Assembly (NCBI GenBank): GCA_964247055.1
Contig: OZ176056.1
Span: 8,122,001-8,186,000 of the forward strand
Direction of reading: 5' to 3'
From: Paragordius varius
Lineage: Eukaryota > Animalia > Nematomorpha
Length of the DNA: 64,000 nucleotides
Every line of letters begins with the position of its first letter. Positions within the stretch are counted from its first letter, which is position 1. Below the pieces are notes generated by a model, which saw only the letters and a list, made by a program, of their open reading frames with translations, searched no databases and was not told the DNA's origin. Below, one piece after another: positions 14,279-27,560 of the stretch. The translations under genes and the position numbers were made by a program.

Positions 14279-14754
14279 TAATGTGACAAAGTATTTTGCA
14301 ACCTGACGCAGTAAATTAAACATACTTTGTAATTTTTAAACGTGATTTTTGCTGTGGTATATCAGATGATATTGTTGTTATCTATTTATAAGCTTTTAAA
14401 TACAATTAAAAATATCCAACAAATAACTTATATCTGAAATAAAAATTAAACTACTTTCAAAATGAGAAATTTATACTAAAATATAATCAATTAGTTTAGT
14501 GTTGATTTTATATTTTGAGGTCTTGTTTGCAGAATCCTGAGTTAAAGGGCCATTGGCCTAAATCTTGAGGTTAATCTGACTTATAGTTCCCCCACTGCGC
14601 AAATGTCTGTATTGATAAGCGGTTTGACCGGTCCAAAATAATTCAAGTAAAAACTAAAATATTAACCAATCAATAATAGGCCAATCTTAGTGTTTATCGA
14701 AAAATTAACCATTGTTTTTTTACGAATTGCGGTTATTTTAACAGATGTCACCTA
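14279..14754. mobile_element. Degenerate internally deleted relative of the 22512-23951 hAT element
   Basis: Starts TAATGTGACAAAG and ends ATGTCACCTA. 14530-14760 is clearly similar to 23545-23790. No TSD seen. Confidence 0.55.
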
Positions 14755-14761
14755 TATATTT

Positions 14762-15174
14762 TAAAGTCATCTATCCTTTATTTTATCAAAAATTTATTTT
14801 TTTGCGTTAAATATAAATATTTGTTGAAGGCATGAAAAAGTAAAAGATGTGTGGGGGAAGGGTGTCGAAAATCTTATATGGTAAAAATGTGTTTAAGTCT
14901 AATCAATACACTAGCAACTAACCTTTATCTTAAAATTAATGTTAAAAAAGCTGGGAATGGTAATAATTTTTTTAGCAATCCAATCTTTTTAACATTAATT
15001 TTAATATGCAAAAATACATATTTTCGACGCCGTTCCCCTATAGTTCTTTTACTTTTTTGATGAATATAATATTGTTAATACCATAGTCTTGTTTTTTTCT
15101 ATTCTTTAACAAATATTTATACCTATTTAACGATAAAAATAAATTGTTGATAAAATAAAGGATACATGACTGTA
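14762..15174. mobile_element. Family I MITE (TA-CAGTCATGTATCCTTTATTTTA TIR) containing a small nested inverted repeat (about 14853-15038)
   Basis: Right end TAAAATAAAGGATACATGACTGTA matches that of the 56431-56661 copy; left end degenerate. Confidence 0.65.
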
Positions 15175-15836
15175 TACAAGTGAAAAATTAACAACTAAAT
15201 AAATATTTTTAGTTCAATTTTTTATAAATTAAGATAATATAATTCAGGTTTTCAATATCTGCTTTACTAATAACCTCATAAGATAATTGATTAGAATGAT
15301 ACCCAAAAATCGAATTGGGTTATTAACATATGTTAAGTTTGACTAACAAATTTAACATGTTTATTTTTAATTAGAATACTTTTACCCATAATATGTGCGA
15401 AGCATAGAGCAATTTCCATAAAAATATACATTTAAGATTCGTTAGCCACCAAATAACCGTTATCGGCAAATTAGATAAAATTCGTAATATATTTATTGAT
15501 TTTTATTTTAAAAAAATTTTACACGTATTCTTATTCATTTATTTTCTTTTTGTGCGCGTTATAACCCATTAAAAATATGACATATAATGCTGATTCACAA
15601 TAATTATTATATTATTATCAAAAACATTATCTTGTTAAAATATATATGTTTTCCCCAAATTTATGGCATATTACACACATCTTTATTTACTTTTTAATTT
15701 AATAATTATCTTATCTATAATTATAAACTTCTATGTTAAAATTTATCAAAATATTCATAATATCCAATACCTATATTAAAAATCAATTGTTTTTGAAATA
15801 TCATCCACTCAATAGTATTAGTTAATAATTTTCACA

Positions 15837-16215
15837 ATGACAATCGCTTACAATAGTAAAGTTTCTGAATCCGGTGTTTTGACATTTTTTAGGCTACTGG
15901 CTATATGGCGGGTAAATTATTTAAAAAAATTTTAATTAAGTTTGAAATTAATATTTTACGTAAACTTTTAATCATTATATATATATATTATATAGTATGC
16001 ATTTTAATGATTGATCATTTCACATTATAGGGCAGTTTGTAACACACGAGTGTACACAAAAACAACAAAATAATAATTATATCCTTTCATCCATTACTTT
16101 TTTTATTCCATTCATATTTTATTTTTTTTCTTACACATTGTGTTGCAAATTGCCCAACTATAGTGCGAAATAAGCAACCATTAAAATGCATACTGTATTT
16201 AACGTTAACTTTTAA

Positions 16216-16250
<35 letters not shown>

Positions 16251-19200
16251 TTAGGGCAGCGTGTACAAATTGATTTGGAAAGAATTTTTAGTCTACCTTT
16301 TCCTATTTTACATGTTGAATTTCGTATACCGTTTTGCATTGACGGAACACCAAAAAATGTAAGACCCATTATACAAATATATTTTTAAAATTTGATATTA
16401 TATACAAGATCATTTAAATATACTAAAAGACAACCCATGTTTTAAAATCTGATTTTATTTAAGAAAACCCATTATTTTCGTTTGGAAAATGGGAATCATA
16501 TTTATAAGTTGGGAAATAGACTCAAATATATAATTGAAAATTCATGTAGTAAAAACTAAAGTTTGAAAAAGTATGGTTGTCTTTTTTAGAAAATATTTTC
16601 CCTTTTATTTTTAATTTTTGTCTGTATAATTCAAATTTACTAAAAAGCTTAATTCCGTTGCCGATAATATTGTATCTACTTGATTAAATTGTTAATGTAA
16701 ATATTTTGCTAAAACATACATTATAATTTGATGATAGGAATACATATTTGTTTTACAATGCTAAATAACTTTTTTAAAAAAATTAATTTCATCCAGCTCT
16801 AGTTAAATCTTAACAGCAGTTTTGCTAAATAATATCCAATAAACTTTAGCGTAGCTACATTTGAATATTGTATAGAATTTTTGAAGGAGTTGTCTTATAC
16901 TGTGATGCATTTCTTAACTTAATACCATTATCGTTTGTCCTGGGCTTTTTCGTATCCACCGTCGTTTCAAGATGGTGGGCTCAATTCGAAGCAATACCCT
17001 TCCCCGATTCGTAAGTGTCTGATTACATTATTTTATTTATAAATGATATTCAGAATTTTATCACTTTTTCAATATTTAGAGTAAGGAGTAATTAAAAATT
17101 ATTTATATAATAAATTATTTTGCTAGTAATTCCTTTTTGGATTTAGGGCACATTTAAAGTTGTTTTAAGCATCTTATATTAAGCCAATTCCTAAATTTAG
17201 TGTCTGAATTAAATTAAAATTATTTTGTTTAACCTATGATTTTGGGCTATGAAAAATAGATGTTATATAGATTAATATAATCTTTTGGATGTTGAAAGGT
17301 TGCTGTATTTTAAAATTAATGATTTCATTTTTTTGATAAGCGATTTTATATCAATTGTATTAGGGATAATCTTAAATTTTAAAATTTTCAAGTTTTTGAA
17401 CCATTACTGGTATATCTAATTTTTTAATAACATGGTTACTAAATATCTGACAAATTTATTTTTAAGCATACATTTTGTATTCACAAATTTGAAACTTCTT
17501 GACCTTTTGGGCTAGTTGTTTTACATATGGCTATTCTGAATTTAAAATATCTTAAAAAAATATTTTTCACATTGCAATTCAAAAATATGCCTTTTTTAAC
17601 CGTTTAGCCACATGATAAATTTCTTTTAAAAAAAGTATGTAAAAATCCTCGTCTTAAATTCAATCGCCCCCGTTTTTTTATTTTTTTTTCAAAATTAACT
17701 GTTTGCTTCTATCATGTTGACGAATATGATAAATGTAAAAATTTCAAGATTTTTAATTTATGAAGGAGAAGAGGGATTGATAATTAAATTTTAACCAAAA
17801 CAACTCTTTAAAAATTTTTTAACTCTTTCTTTCTAGGGTAGAAAACTATCCCAATATGTCATCGCATAATAAAAAAATGAATGAAGTGTTAAGTAAAAAT
17901 TATATAGAAATGATGGAAGTTTATATGAACAACATATTGTATCCATTTACAATTCAAATTCACCCTTAAGTAATTCAAATTGATCCTTAAACAATTCAAA
18001 ATCACCCTTCAACAATTCAAATTCACCCTAAAAATTAATTATGTTTTTTAGGATTAAAAATTACCTTTATTTTTATATATTTCTAAAAAATAAAAATTTT
18101 GTTTTAAATTAAAATGATACTGAATAAATAATCAACTATGCCATTAAGATATATTTGAGTTATATTAGTCGAAACATAATTTTTTTTAGGGTGAATTTGA
18201 AATTTGTTCAAGGGTGAATTCGAACTGTAAATGGTATATATACCATTTACAGGTCAAATTCACCCTTAAACAATTCAAATTCACCCTTGAACAATTCAAA
18301 TTCACCCTCGAACAATTCAAATTCACCCTTGAACAATTCAAATTCACCCTAAAAATAAATTATGTGTTTTCGAACTAATATAACTCATTATTTATGAGAA
18401 ATATATCTTTATGGCATAGTTTATTATTTTTTCAGTATTATTTAAATTAAAACAAAATTTTTATTTTTTAAAAATATATAAAAATATTGGGTAATTTTTC
18501 ATCTAAAAACTTATATATTATTTGAGGTGAATTTGAATTGTTTAAGGGTGAATTTGAATTGTTCAAGGGTGAATTTGAATTGTTCAAGGGTGAATTTGAA
18601 AATTGTTCAAGGGTGAATTCGAACTGTAAATGGTATATATATATTATCGAAATTAGCGGTAAACTTTAGCCTTACATGGAGATGAAAAAGCGTTGCAGGT
18701 GTGAGGCACAAAAAATTGTTGTGATTGTTTGGCATTATGTTATTACAAGTTAAGGGATTCTGTTTTTGAGAATTTTGCCATATTTGCAATCAATATACCA
18801 ACCTCAAATTCGATCCTGAACAAATCTCACCCTAAAATGCTCTTTATATGTTTTTATTTTTTTATATTTTAGAAAATAAAGTTTTGTTTAAAATTAAAAT
18901 AATACTGAAAAAATAATAAACTATGCTATGCCATGTGTATATATTTTTAAATTTCATATTATTAATGAGTTTTATTAGCCTGAGGGTGAATTTGGATTGT
19001 ATATGGTATATATGAAATGAAATGTGGTTGACAATTAGTTAATAATCCGACTTTTGTTTTGTAGCATATAAAATTTAAACTCCGTAATTCCACAATTTTT
19101 TTTATCATCACTGTTAGCCTGGGCAAGCGAGTCTCTAAAATTGTCATTTATATTTTAGTATCAGGGGGAAAAGACACTATAAATTATATATATTTTTAGT

Positions 19201-22200
19201 TTTATGCTGAATAATAAAAGCGAACGATTTATGCGTCTTTTCTTATGTAATTTAAGGCTTGGCTCATTAGATTCTATGGATTATAAAATAGACCAGGGGT
19301 TTTCAACAAGCGGCATTCTCCTACAATTCAAGAATGTGGTGCTTATAAAAGCTTAGTAAAATTGATACTCCTTAAACAAATGAATAAATCTATACAACAG
19401 CCAACTTTGTTTAAATATAACAGTCTTATGTTTGGAAATGAAATAAAATATATATGATGAGTGCCACTATAAACGAATACGGCGCATCGGATCTTTGAAT
19501 AAAAAATGCAGCCCGCGAAGCCATTTGTGCTAGATACCCCTGAAATAAACTCTACCATTTCCAGTTCAAATTTACCCTTTAACGATTCAAATTCACCCCT
19601 GAACAATTCAAATTTACCGTAAAAATATATTGTGTGTTTTCGAACTATTATAACTCATTATTAATTTTTTCAAATTATAAATAATCTAAACAATTTTTAA
19701 TCTTAAAAAACACTTAATTTATTTTAGGGTGAATTTGAATTGTTTAAGGGTGAATTTGAAATGTTTGAGGGTGAATTTGAAGTACAAATGGTATATATAC
19801 AAAATGTATTTCTTGTGCCTTCTTATTTTAGAGCAGCGCTATCTATAGGATCCATGATTGTGGGGAATGATTTACATGGGAGACTTTTGCGTCGAACCCT
19901 TATTCGATATCTCAATCTTACGGCTTTACTCATTTACCGTAACATAAGTCGACCGATTAAAAAAAGATTTCCCACGCTAAATCATTTAGTTGATGCCGGT
20001 TTCATAACGAACGATGAGCTGCAATCGTATGAGGACTTACCTTGTCCGCATGGGAAATGGTGGGTCCCTTGCGTTTGGGCTTGTAACTTACTTACCAAAG
20101 CTTATCAAGAAAACCGTATCATAGATTTGAAATGTTACCAACTTTTATTCAATGTAAGTTGTTTGTATATGTATATATCAGTGTCAGTTTATTTCTTCAA
20201 TCAATAGACTATGCAATGCAATCTATAAATTTTTAAATTTTTTTGCGGGCCATACATAATATCTCGGGGGATTGCGCGTGTTGGACATTCCCGTTCTAAA
20301 TAATATTATTTTTAGTTTTAATCTTTTTCTTAATATGTAAGCAAGCAATTATATTTTAGAATATTTAAGAGATTACTAAGACGTATTTTGTATTATGGTC
20401 TAATCTAAATAATTTTTTATATCAATGTGAAGTTTAATTATAATTATGATATTAAAGTAAAATTTACCAATAATATATATTTAGTTAGTTACGGATTTCA
20501 AAAATAATTGTGGGAATCTCTATGCATACGATTGGATACAAATCCCTTTAGTTTACACTCAAGTATACACTTGTTATCTTTATTAATTTATAAAGATATT
20601 TTAATTAAGTTATCAGATGGAAGCTAGTTCAATTTTAAATATATAATTACAACAGAATTGTGAAGACAAATATTTTTTTCAAACGCTGTTTTTTTAAACT
20701 TGACACTTTTAAATATAAGCCATTGTTTTAAATTACAAAGTATGAAATAGAGCTGTAAATTGGTTACAGAATCAAATTATATTTTTTACAATTGTATCTT
20801 ATCAATATAACAGGAAAAATTAAGGTTTGAAAGTATGGTTTTCGTTTAAAAAAATATGTCTAGTTTTTTCTCTAAATAATTTGAACTTTTACTGTACTTT
20901 TTTGAAAAATATAGGTTTATTATAATAATATAGCAAAATTTTATTACAAGATAAAATTTCTTAGATAAAATTTATAATAAATTATATTATACAGACTGTA
21001 ACTTTGGCCACGTATACATTTTTTCTGGCTTCCTTAATGGGTCGTCAACTATTAGATGGGCAAAAGAAATACCCCAACCATGATGATGTTTATTTCCCAA
21101 TTTTTACATTCCTACAATTCTTTTTTTACATGGGTTGGTTTAAGGTAAAACAACACATAAAATTATTTTATTTTTTATCAAAAAAAAATTTTTAAGAATT
21201 TTTTTATAATTTAAGGTCGCTGAAGAATTAATAAATCCTTTGGGGGAAGATGAAGATGATTTCGATATCAATTGGATTATCGATAGAAATTTTCAAGTAA
21301 GTTTGCTACATAAAACAATATTTGCCATGAGTTTTGTGTGACTGCAATAAAAAATGCATTAAATATATATATATGATAGTAATTTTATCATATTGAAAAA
21401 CGGCTAAAATATTTTTTAATGATACTTGAGCATTTCGAATCATATATTACGGTAAAAATTGATAAATTTTACAGGCAAAACGCAAATAAATATTTTTTCA
21501 CTAAACAACCATACTACTTTAACCCTAAATTTTTACTGTACTATAACATTATTTTACAGCATGATTAAGTAGTATACATATTGCTAGTTTTTCATTAATT
21601 ATTGCCATATAACATTTGCAACAAAGGGAAGTAATATTGGTTTATACGTATTATTTCTCTATCAACTACTATATTAACCAATATAAATTCTCTTTGCTTT
21701 ATATGCTAAGTGACGATATTTAGTAAAAAAAATGATACGGAACACTGTTTACATCTCTATTTTATACTTTGCAATTTAAAACTATGAGTTACAATTAAAA
21801 AAAATCAAGTTTAAAAAAATATTTGTCTTTTTATTTTACTTTTTCTCTGTATAATTTTAATTTTTACTGTAATCCATATAAAAGCTAGACCGGATAGTAT
21901 AAATTAAATATAATAATAAATGAATATTTTTCATTTCAAATCTAGTATATCTTTTAAAGATGCAAGCTGGTAAAAACACATCATCTATTTAACAAAAATG
22001 ATAATTTTTTAAAGTGCCAATATCTCTAACTAAACATTATTATATGAAAACCAAAAAGGTTTCAATGTTAATGGTAGACACAATGCATAAAGTAATACCA
22101 CCCCTGGAAAAAGATATGCACTGGAATGATATACAACCCGTGTTACCTTATACCGCGGCAGCTCAGGAATATAAAAAAACACCTTGGATGGGATCAACAG

Positions 22201-25200
22201 CTCATACAATGTATATTTTATTTTATAAAAGCTAAAAGATAATGATATATTTTTTCTAAAAGAAAAGCATCATTTCAAATTAAACTAACTCGTCATTTTG
22301 GCTTGCTAAATGAGGAAACGAGAGATGTAAATTAGTAATATACTCAATTATGAAATTTAAATTGATAATTTTATAATTTACGTAGACAATAATTAAGATA
22401 TAAAAAAGTATGGTTATCTTTCAAAAATAATATTTGTCTTACTATATTAATTTTGAAGTTAAAGTGATTATGTTTGTTAAGAAATTTTAGATAGAGTATT
22501 TTTATAAACGGTAATGTGACCAGAAATTTTTAATTTGGACGCAGTATAAAATTAAAACATACTTTGCCTGTTTTTACACAATCGGTGTGTAAAATATCCT
22601 AATGAAATATATATGATAGGAAAATATCAGGATTATCATGGCGCTTTTAACCTTTACGAGTTATTAAAAAAAATTATTTACACTTTTGTGGTGGGTGCTC
22701 CGTATAAAATTTTAAAAGGTGCGCAATTTTTTTATATATATTTTTTGGTGAAAGCTGAGTGCTTTATTTCAAAAAATATCACTAAAATATATAAACCATA
22801 TATAAAAAGCAAAACTATATTAAAATTTTTTAAATTGTTGGATGTAAGCTCTGAAAGTCCCAAATTTTTTGGCTTTTTTATGATGGACTGTTCTCTCAAA
22901 GCAAAAATTCCGACATTGTGCAATAATTTTAAATATAAGCTAAATTTTGATATCTATATTTTAAGAAAAATGCATACTTTAAATATATTAAGCGTACTTC
23001 ATACTATTTTCAGCATGATGGAAACGATATAAACGGTTTAAGACTTTATATACATATTTCGATAATGCTATACGTTTTCCTCACTCATAAAAATTCACCA
23101 AAATATGCAAGAAAGCAAATCTTTAAATTACATATAGTAATGTTCAACATCATCATTATTTAGAAAAAGGGTTTAATTATATATTATAGCGTTACACCGT
23201 TTCCATAATTCTTCAAAATAGTTTGAAGTACGCTTCAACTTCAAATTTGTTTATGCAAAAAATAAGAAAACTAAAAAAATTTAGGAAAAAATTAAGAAGT
23301 ATCATACCTCCCACCTAATTAGTATAGAAAACGTAAAAAACTTAATTTTTTAATACGAAAACAGGTTATTTCAAAATCATATGCCATATATATTAATTTT
23401 GAATAATATGTTACGGGAATACAATTTTCTTTATGATTTCCCAATTGATGATTTTAACAAAAAATGAACTTTCTTAACCTAATCAAACATTTATTAAACT
23501 ATCATCATTTTAATAAATATTAAATTTTGAGACCTCTTTTTGCGGAAGCCCTGAGTGAAAAAGCCTTTAGCCTGAATCATACGGTGGAGTGGGAGATTTA
23601 TAGTTTCGCCACTGCCCGAAAGGCTGCAATCCTAAGCGGTTTGACCGATCCAAAACCCAATGTGTATAATTCGAGCAGAAAATAAAATATTAACCAATTA
23701 AAAATAGGCCAATCTTAGTTTTTACCGTAAAATGAATCATTTCTTTACAAATTATGGGGTTATTTTTACAGAGGGTACTATATTAAATTCTAAAATATTT
23801 TTTTTCACATAAAAGGTAATTAATGAATATTTTTAAAAAATTAAATTTTTTCAATTTCAAAAAGCAGTACAAAAGTGGCCGCAGTACAGGCGCAGTTTTT
23901 TTTTGAAAACCCAGTACTGTACTGCGAAAAACAGCCTATCTGGTCACATTAATAAACGGTTAAAAGTCATGATTGCATTAGTAGCTGGTCAAATCCAACC
24001 CCAACATAATTCCCAAAGGCACATCGACGAAATTAAATAATAACGATTTATAAGCCGCCGTTTTTATGGAATTTTGTTTGACGCCGGAAGATCTAAAAAT
24101 TTAAATATTATCAAATAAAAGAACCACCACGGATAATTTAAAAAAATAAACTTAATAAACCTTTCTCTGAGCAAATTAAAATATTAAGTAGATATTCGAT
24201 AGCTATAGTTCCTATATGTGTAAAAAAGTGTTATTAAAATAAATATTTAACACCATATTTGGTATACAGAGTGGTCTTAAAAAAATAAGTTAAAAGAGTG
24301 ATTTGTTTCCCGAAATGCCTCTCACCTCTCTTTTTCCATTTTAAAATCAAACATTTTTTCAAGAAAACTCAACATTTACAATGAAAATCAACATGTTTTA
24401 TTGCTTCGCAACACTTTTTTAAGCAAACGCACCATTTTTTGATCCAATCGCAACATTTTTTCGGTTGTTTTTTCTAGGAAAATGTTCTTTTATTAGAAAA
24501 GTTGCGTTTGCTTGAAAAATTGTTGCATTTTATTGAAATAGTTGGGTTTTGAAAGATCGTTGCGTTTGATTAAAAATATTATTGCATTTGGTTGAAAATG
24601 TAATGCTTTGGACTAATATGGTATCCATTAAATTGATAAACTCATAGACTTTTGCTTGCTTGCATAACTTTGGATCAATTTAGATATAAATTTTAATTGT
24701 TAAAATAATAACATAAAAATTTAAATATTATCAATTTCGAACATGCTTCTATTATCATTTTAGAAGATGGCCATATAATTTTTTTAATTTATAACTTACT
24801 TAAAATTAAATTTATGTGCCCATTCTGCTATATACAGTAAAATGAAATTATACGGACAAATAAAAATATAAAGAATTCTTTTTTAGACCTTAATTTATCC
24901 CATAAAAATCATTTAATTATTTTATAGTTTATTTCAAATAAATTTTCGTTTATCATTCATTATCTTATGGATAAATGATTCTTACTAAAAAACCAAGATT
25001 TAATACGTAAAGTTGTCTTTCAAAAAAAATATTTGTCTATCAGGCTAAATCCGGACGAAATGAATTACGAACATGGTGACTTGACAACGGAAGATACAAC
25101 TCCACTCCTGGGAAATATCAGTAAAAAGGCCATTCATTCAAAAAATAAGTAATTTTATATTATGTTTTATTCAAAAAATACGTAATTTACACTAAACTTA

Positions 25201-26475
25201 TATCGCATTTTGAGATTTATATTTAAAATATATCCACATTGACACAATAGTTTTTGACTATTTCAATTTTGTTTTCCAAAAAAATGCTTGTAAAGGTCGG
25301 TTATTATCTCATAGATATGGAATAGGTATTGTATTCTAGTTAAAGAGGTTTTTAACACAAATGGCTTCCCGGGCCGCATTTTAAATTGATAAAAAAAACG
25401 GAGGGTACCTTTTAAAATAAATATATGATCCATTCATATATAATATTTATTAAAATCCAAACATAAAACTGTAAAATACAAACCAACATATCAATTTTTT
25501 CAAGTTCTTGCCAAATCGAATATAGACTAAATTAGAAAAATTGTTTATAAATCGTTGATTTTACTAAGTTTTTATAAGCATATATTTACAAATTATGGCT
25601 ATCCAGGTATTTCGCGGGCCGCACATAAAGTCTCAGATTACTGCGTGTTGGCCATCCTTAATTTAAATCATGAATATTAAAATGTTTAAATCATACCCTT
25701 TTTACCATTGTATTTTAGGTTGCTAGAAAAATGGCCAAGTCTAGGATCCTTGAAAAACTTATCGTCTTTTATGAATCCCACATCTCAAACACCGCCAAAA
25801 TCCAATTTACCCAAAACTGTGACTTATTATACAGGAGGTTCAAAAAATGTCAAGAGTCCTTCATCTAGCACAGCCAAAGATGAAAAAAAGTTTAGAAATT
25901 TAATGATGATGAATCAAGAAGGGGAGATAAAAACCAAAAAATCCCCTACGGCTGTAATATATTCCACATTTCCCCCTGCGGCATTTGGAATTAGCAGATT
26001 TATAAAGCGGAACCCCCCTTCTGCAAATAATAAAAGAGGTGCAGCAAAACATGCCGCAAATAACGATGATATTAGGGAAGCCCAAAATTTTATGTTAACT
26101 GACACATCGGGTAAAAACTTACATACTACAGCAAAAGAAACCAAAATTAATGAATCAGAAAATAAGGACGGCGTTAGTATAGAAAACAATCATTTCATGC
26201 CTTTACCAGTTAAAACTCGGAATGTAAGGTTTGACCAAGATCATCCCATAGAATCTATCGATATGATAAATAAATTAACGCAAGGCCTGAAAAAATCTAT
26301 TTTAAAACCTACTAATAAAAAAACACCATCCTCAATTCCACGCGATGTTAAAGAAAATTCGGAGAATAATAATAATGAGTCCAAAGACAAAACAACTGAT
26401 TCCAACCGATTAGGACTTGTAATGGGCGATTCTAAAATAGATTTAAAGGATATTAAGGATAAACCTCAACAATAA
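15837..26475 (+). CDS. BEST: Bestrophin calcium-activated anion channel, paralog A, 10 exons, 652 aa
   Basis: Exons 15837-15911, 16255-16358, 16876-17010, 19832-20153, 20485-20562, 20995-21144, 21216-21296, 22059-22210, 25044-25148, 25719-26475 sum to 1959 nt. Motifs [60 protein letters not shown]. The last two exons are less certain. Confidence 0.93.
17938..19795. mobile_element. Cluster of four family A MITEs (17938-18238, 18239-18637, 18794-19010, 19551-19795) plus a Charlie-type MITE (19294-19542) in bestrophin A intron 3
   Basis: Repeated TATACCATTT and AAATGGTATA ends with 21-bp arrays. CAGGGG...CCCCTG ends with near-perfect 8-bp TSD AAATAGAC/AAATAAAC. Confidence 0.85.
22512..23951. 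mobile_element. Non-autonomous hAT element, 1.44 kb
   Basis: TIR TAATGTGACCAGA/TCTGGTCACATTA with perfect 8-bp TSD ATAAACGG (22504-22511, 23952-23959). Confidence 0.9.
24335..24623. mobile_element. Short family H MITE (21-bp TTTTTCAAGCAAACGCAACAT repeats)
   Basis: Degenerate inverted 21-bp arrays like the 41480-42938 element. Other short copies 36650-36752 and 40044-40173. Confidence 0.65.
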
Positions 26476-26839
26476 TTAAAGGAATTATTCAAAGTTTTTA
26501 TGGGGATACCATTCCCTCTAGTATAGATACAAAACATTGATGGCACTTTGAAAACGTGTTTGTAACGAAAATAAATAATGAAAATTAAGACGATAAAATT
26601 TGTAATAATCAAACAGAGTACTAATAAATTTATTTTATATATAATGATTATCAACTTTTTTGTAACTTTGCGACTAAATAAACGAAAAGGCTTTATTCTT
26701 TAATGACTTTTGCACGTTCATCATCGTTTAAATTAACCCTGATATAAATTAAAGTATTAGTAGAAATAATTTTTACAAGAAAATTTACTGACTGCACACA
26801 GAGCTTTGAACCATATTAAAATTTTCAAAACACTTTTAA

Positions 26840-27411
26840 CACTTGGATACAACACACTCATTTTAGTCCTTCGATTCAAATTGGGGGATACCCCAGGCCT
26901 GTTTAAAATCAAATACTTTACAAAGTATGGAAGCAATCGAAACCATGGCAAAATTTTGCACTTATATAACATTAATAAACCGAAATATATAAAAAATTTT
27001 ATTCAAAAATACTTGATATTACTTATTTTAAGAAACTGAAAGGTAAAAATTTAGTCAACGTGACATGTGTCAAATTGTAAAATTAAAAAAAAATACAAAA
27101 TAAACCGCTTATTTTATTTCTATTAATGTTAGATGTGATTTATATAAAAAATAAGCTTTAGTTTTACCCGTAAAATTAAATGAAGACGATATTTTGCAAA
27201 ATTTTTGTAAAATAAAAATGGCGTCAAAGTAGTTTGAGATAGAACTTTTTTTTCAAAACAAAATTTTATCAAGATATTTTGGCATATTTATATAATATTT
27301 ATCAGGATAGAAGCATAAATTTAAATTGAAACCGTTTCCTTGAGTAGTTTTTTAAAAATTTTAATTTAAATTTAGTCTGGGGTATTTAGAACCCCAATTT
27401 GAATTGAAGTG
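26840..27411 (+). mobile_element. Family D piggyBac-like element
   Basis: TTAA-CACTTGGATACAACAC...GAATTGAAGTG-TTAA. Confidence 0.85.
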
Positions 27412-27560
27412 TTAATATTACATAACACAAAATATAAATTTCATCAAATTGTTTCTGAAACATATTCCTGATAATACAAATTGCTAAACAAAAGTTTTCA
27501 AAACAAAATATAAGTAAGATATTTATTTTTATGCTCGTAATAAATGATGATAAATTAGAG

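Noticed and set aside
811-19795. 21-bp arrays as a CRISPR-like locus
   Set aside because: Units are contiguous with no unique spacers, occur as inverted pairs at element ends, the context is eukaryotic, and no cas genes are present
22613-23032. 139-aa ORF inside the hAT element as a transposase or cargo gene
   Set aside because: Low-complexity I/K/F/Y composition typical of AT-rich non-coding DNA, with no hAT motifs
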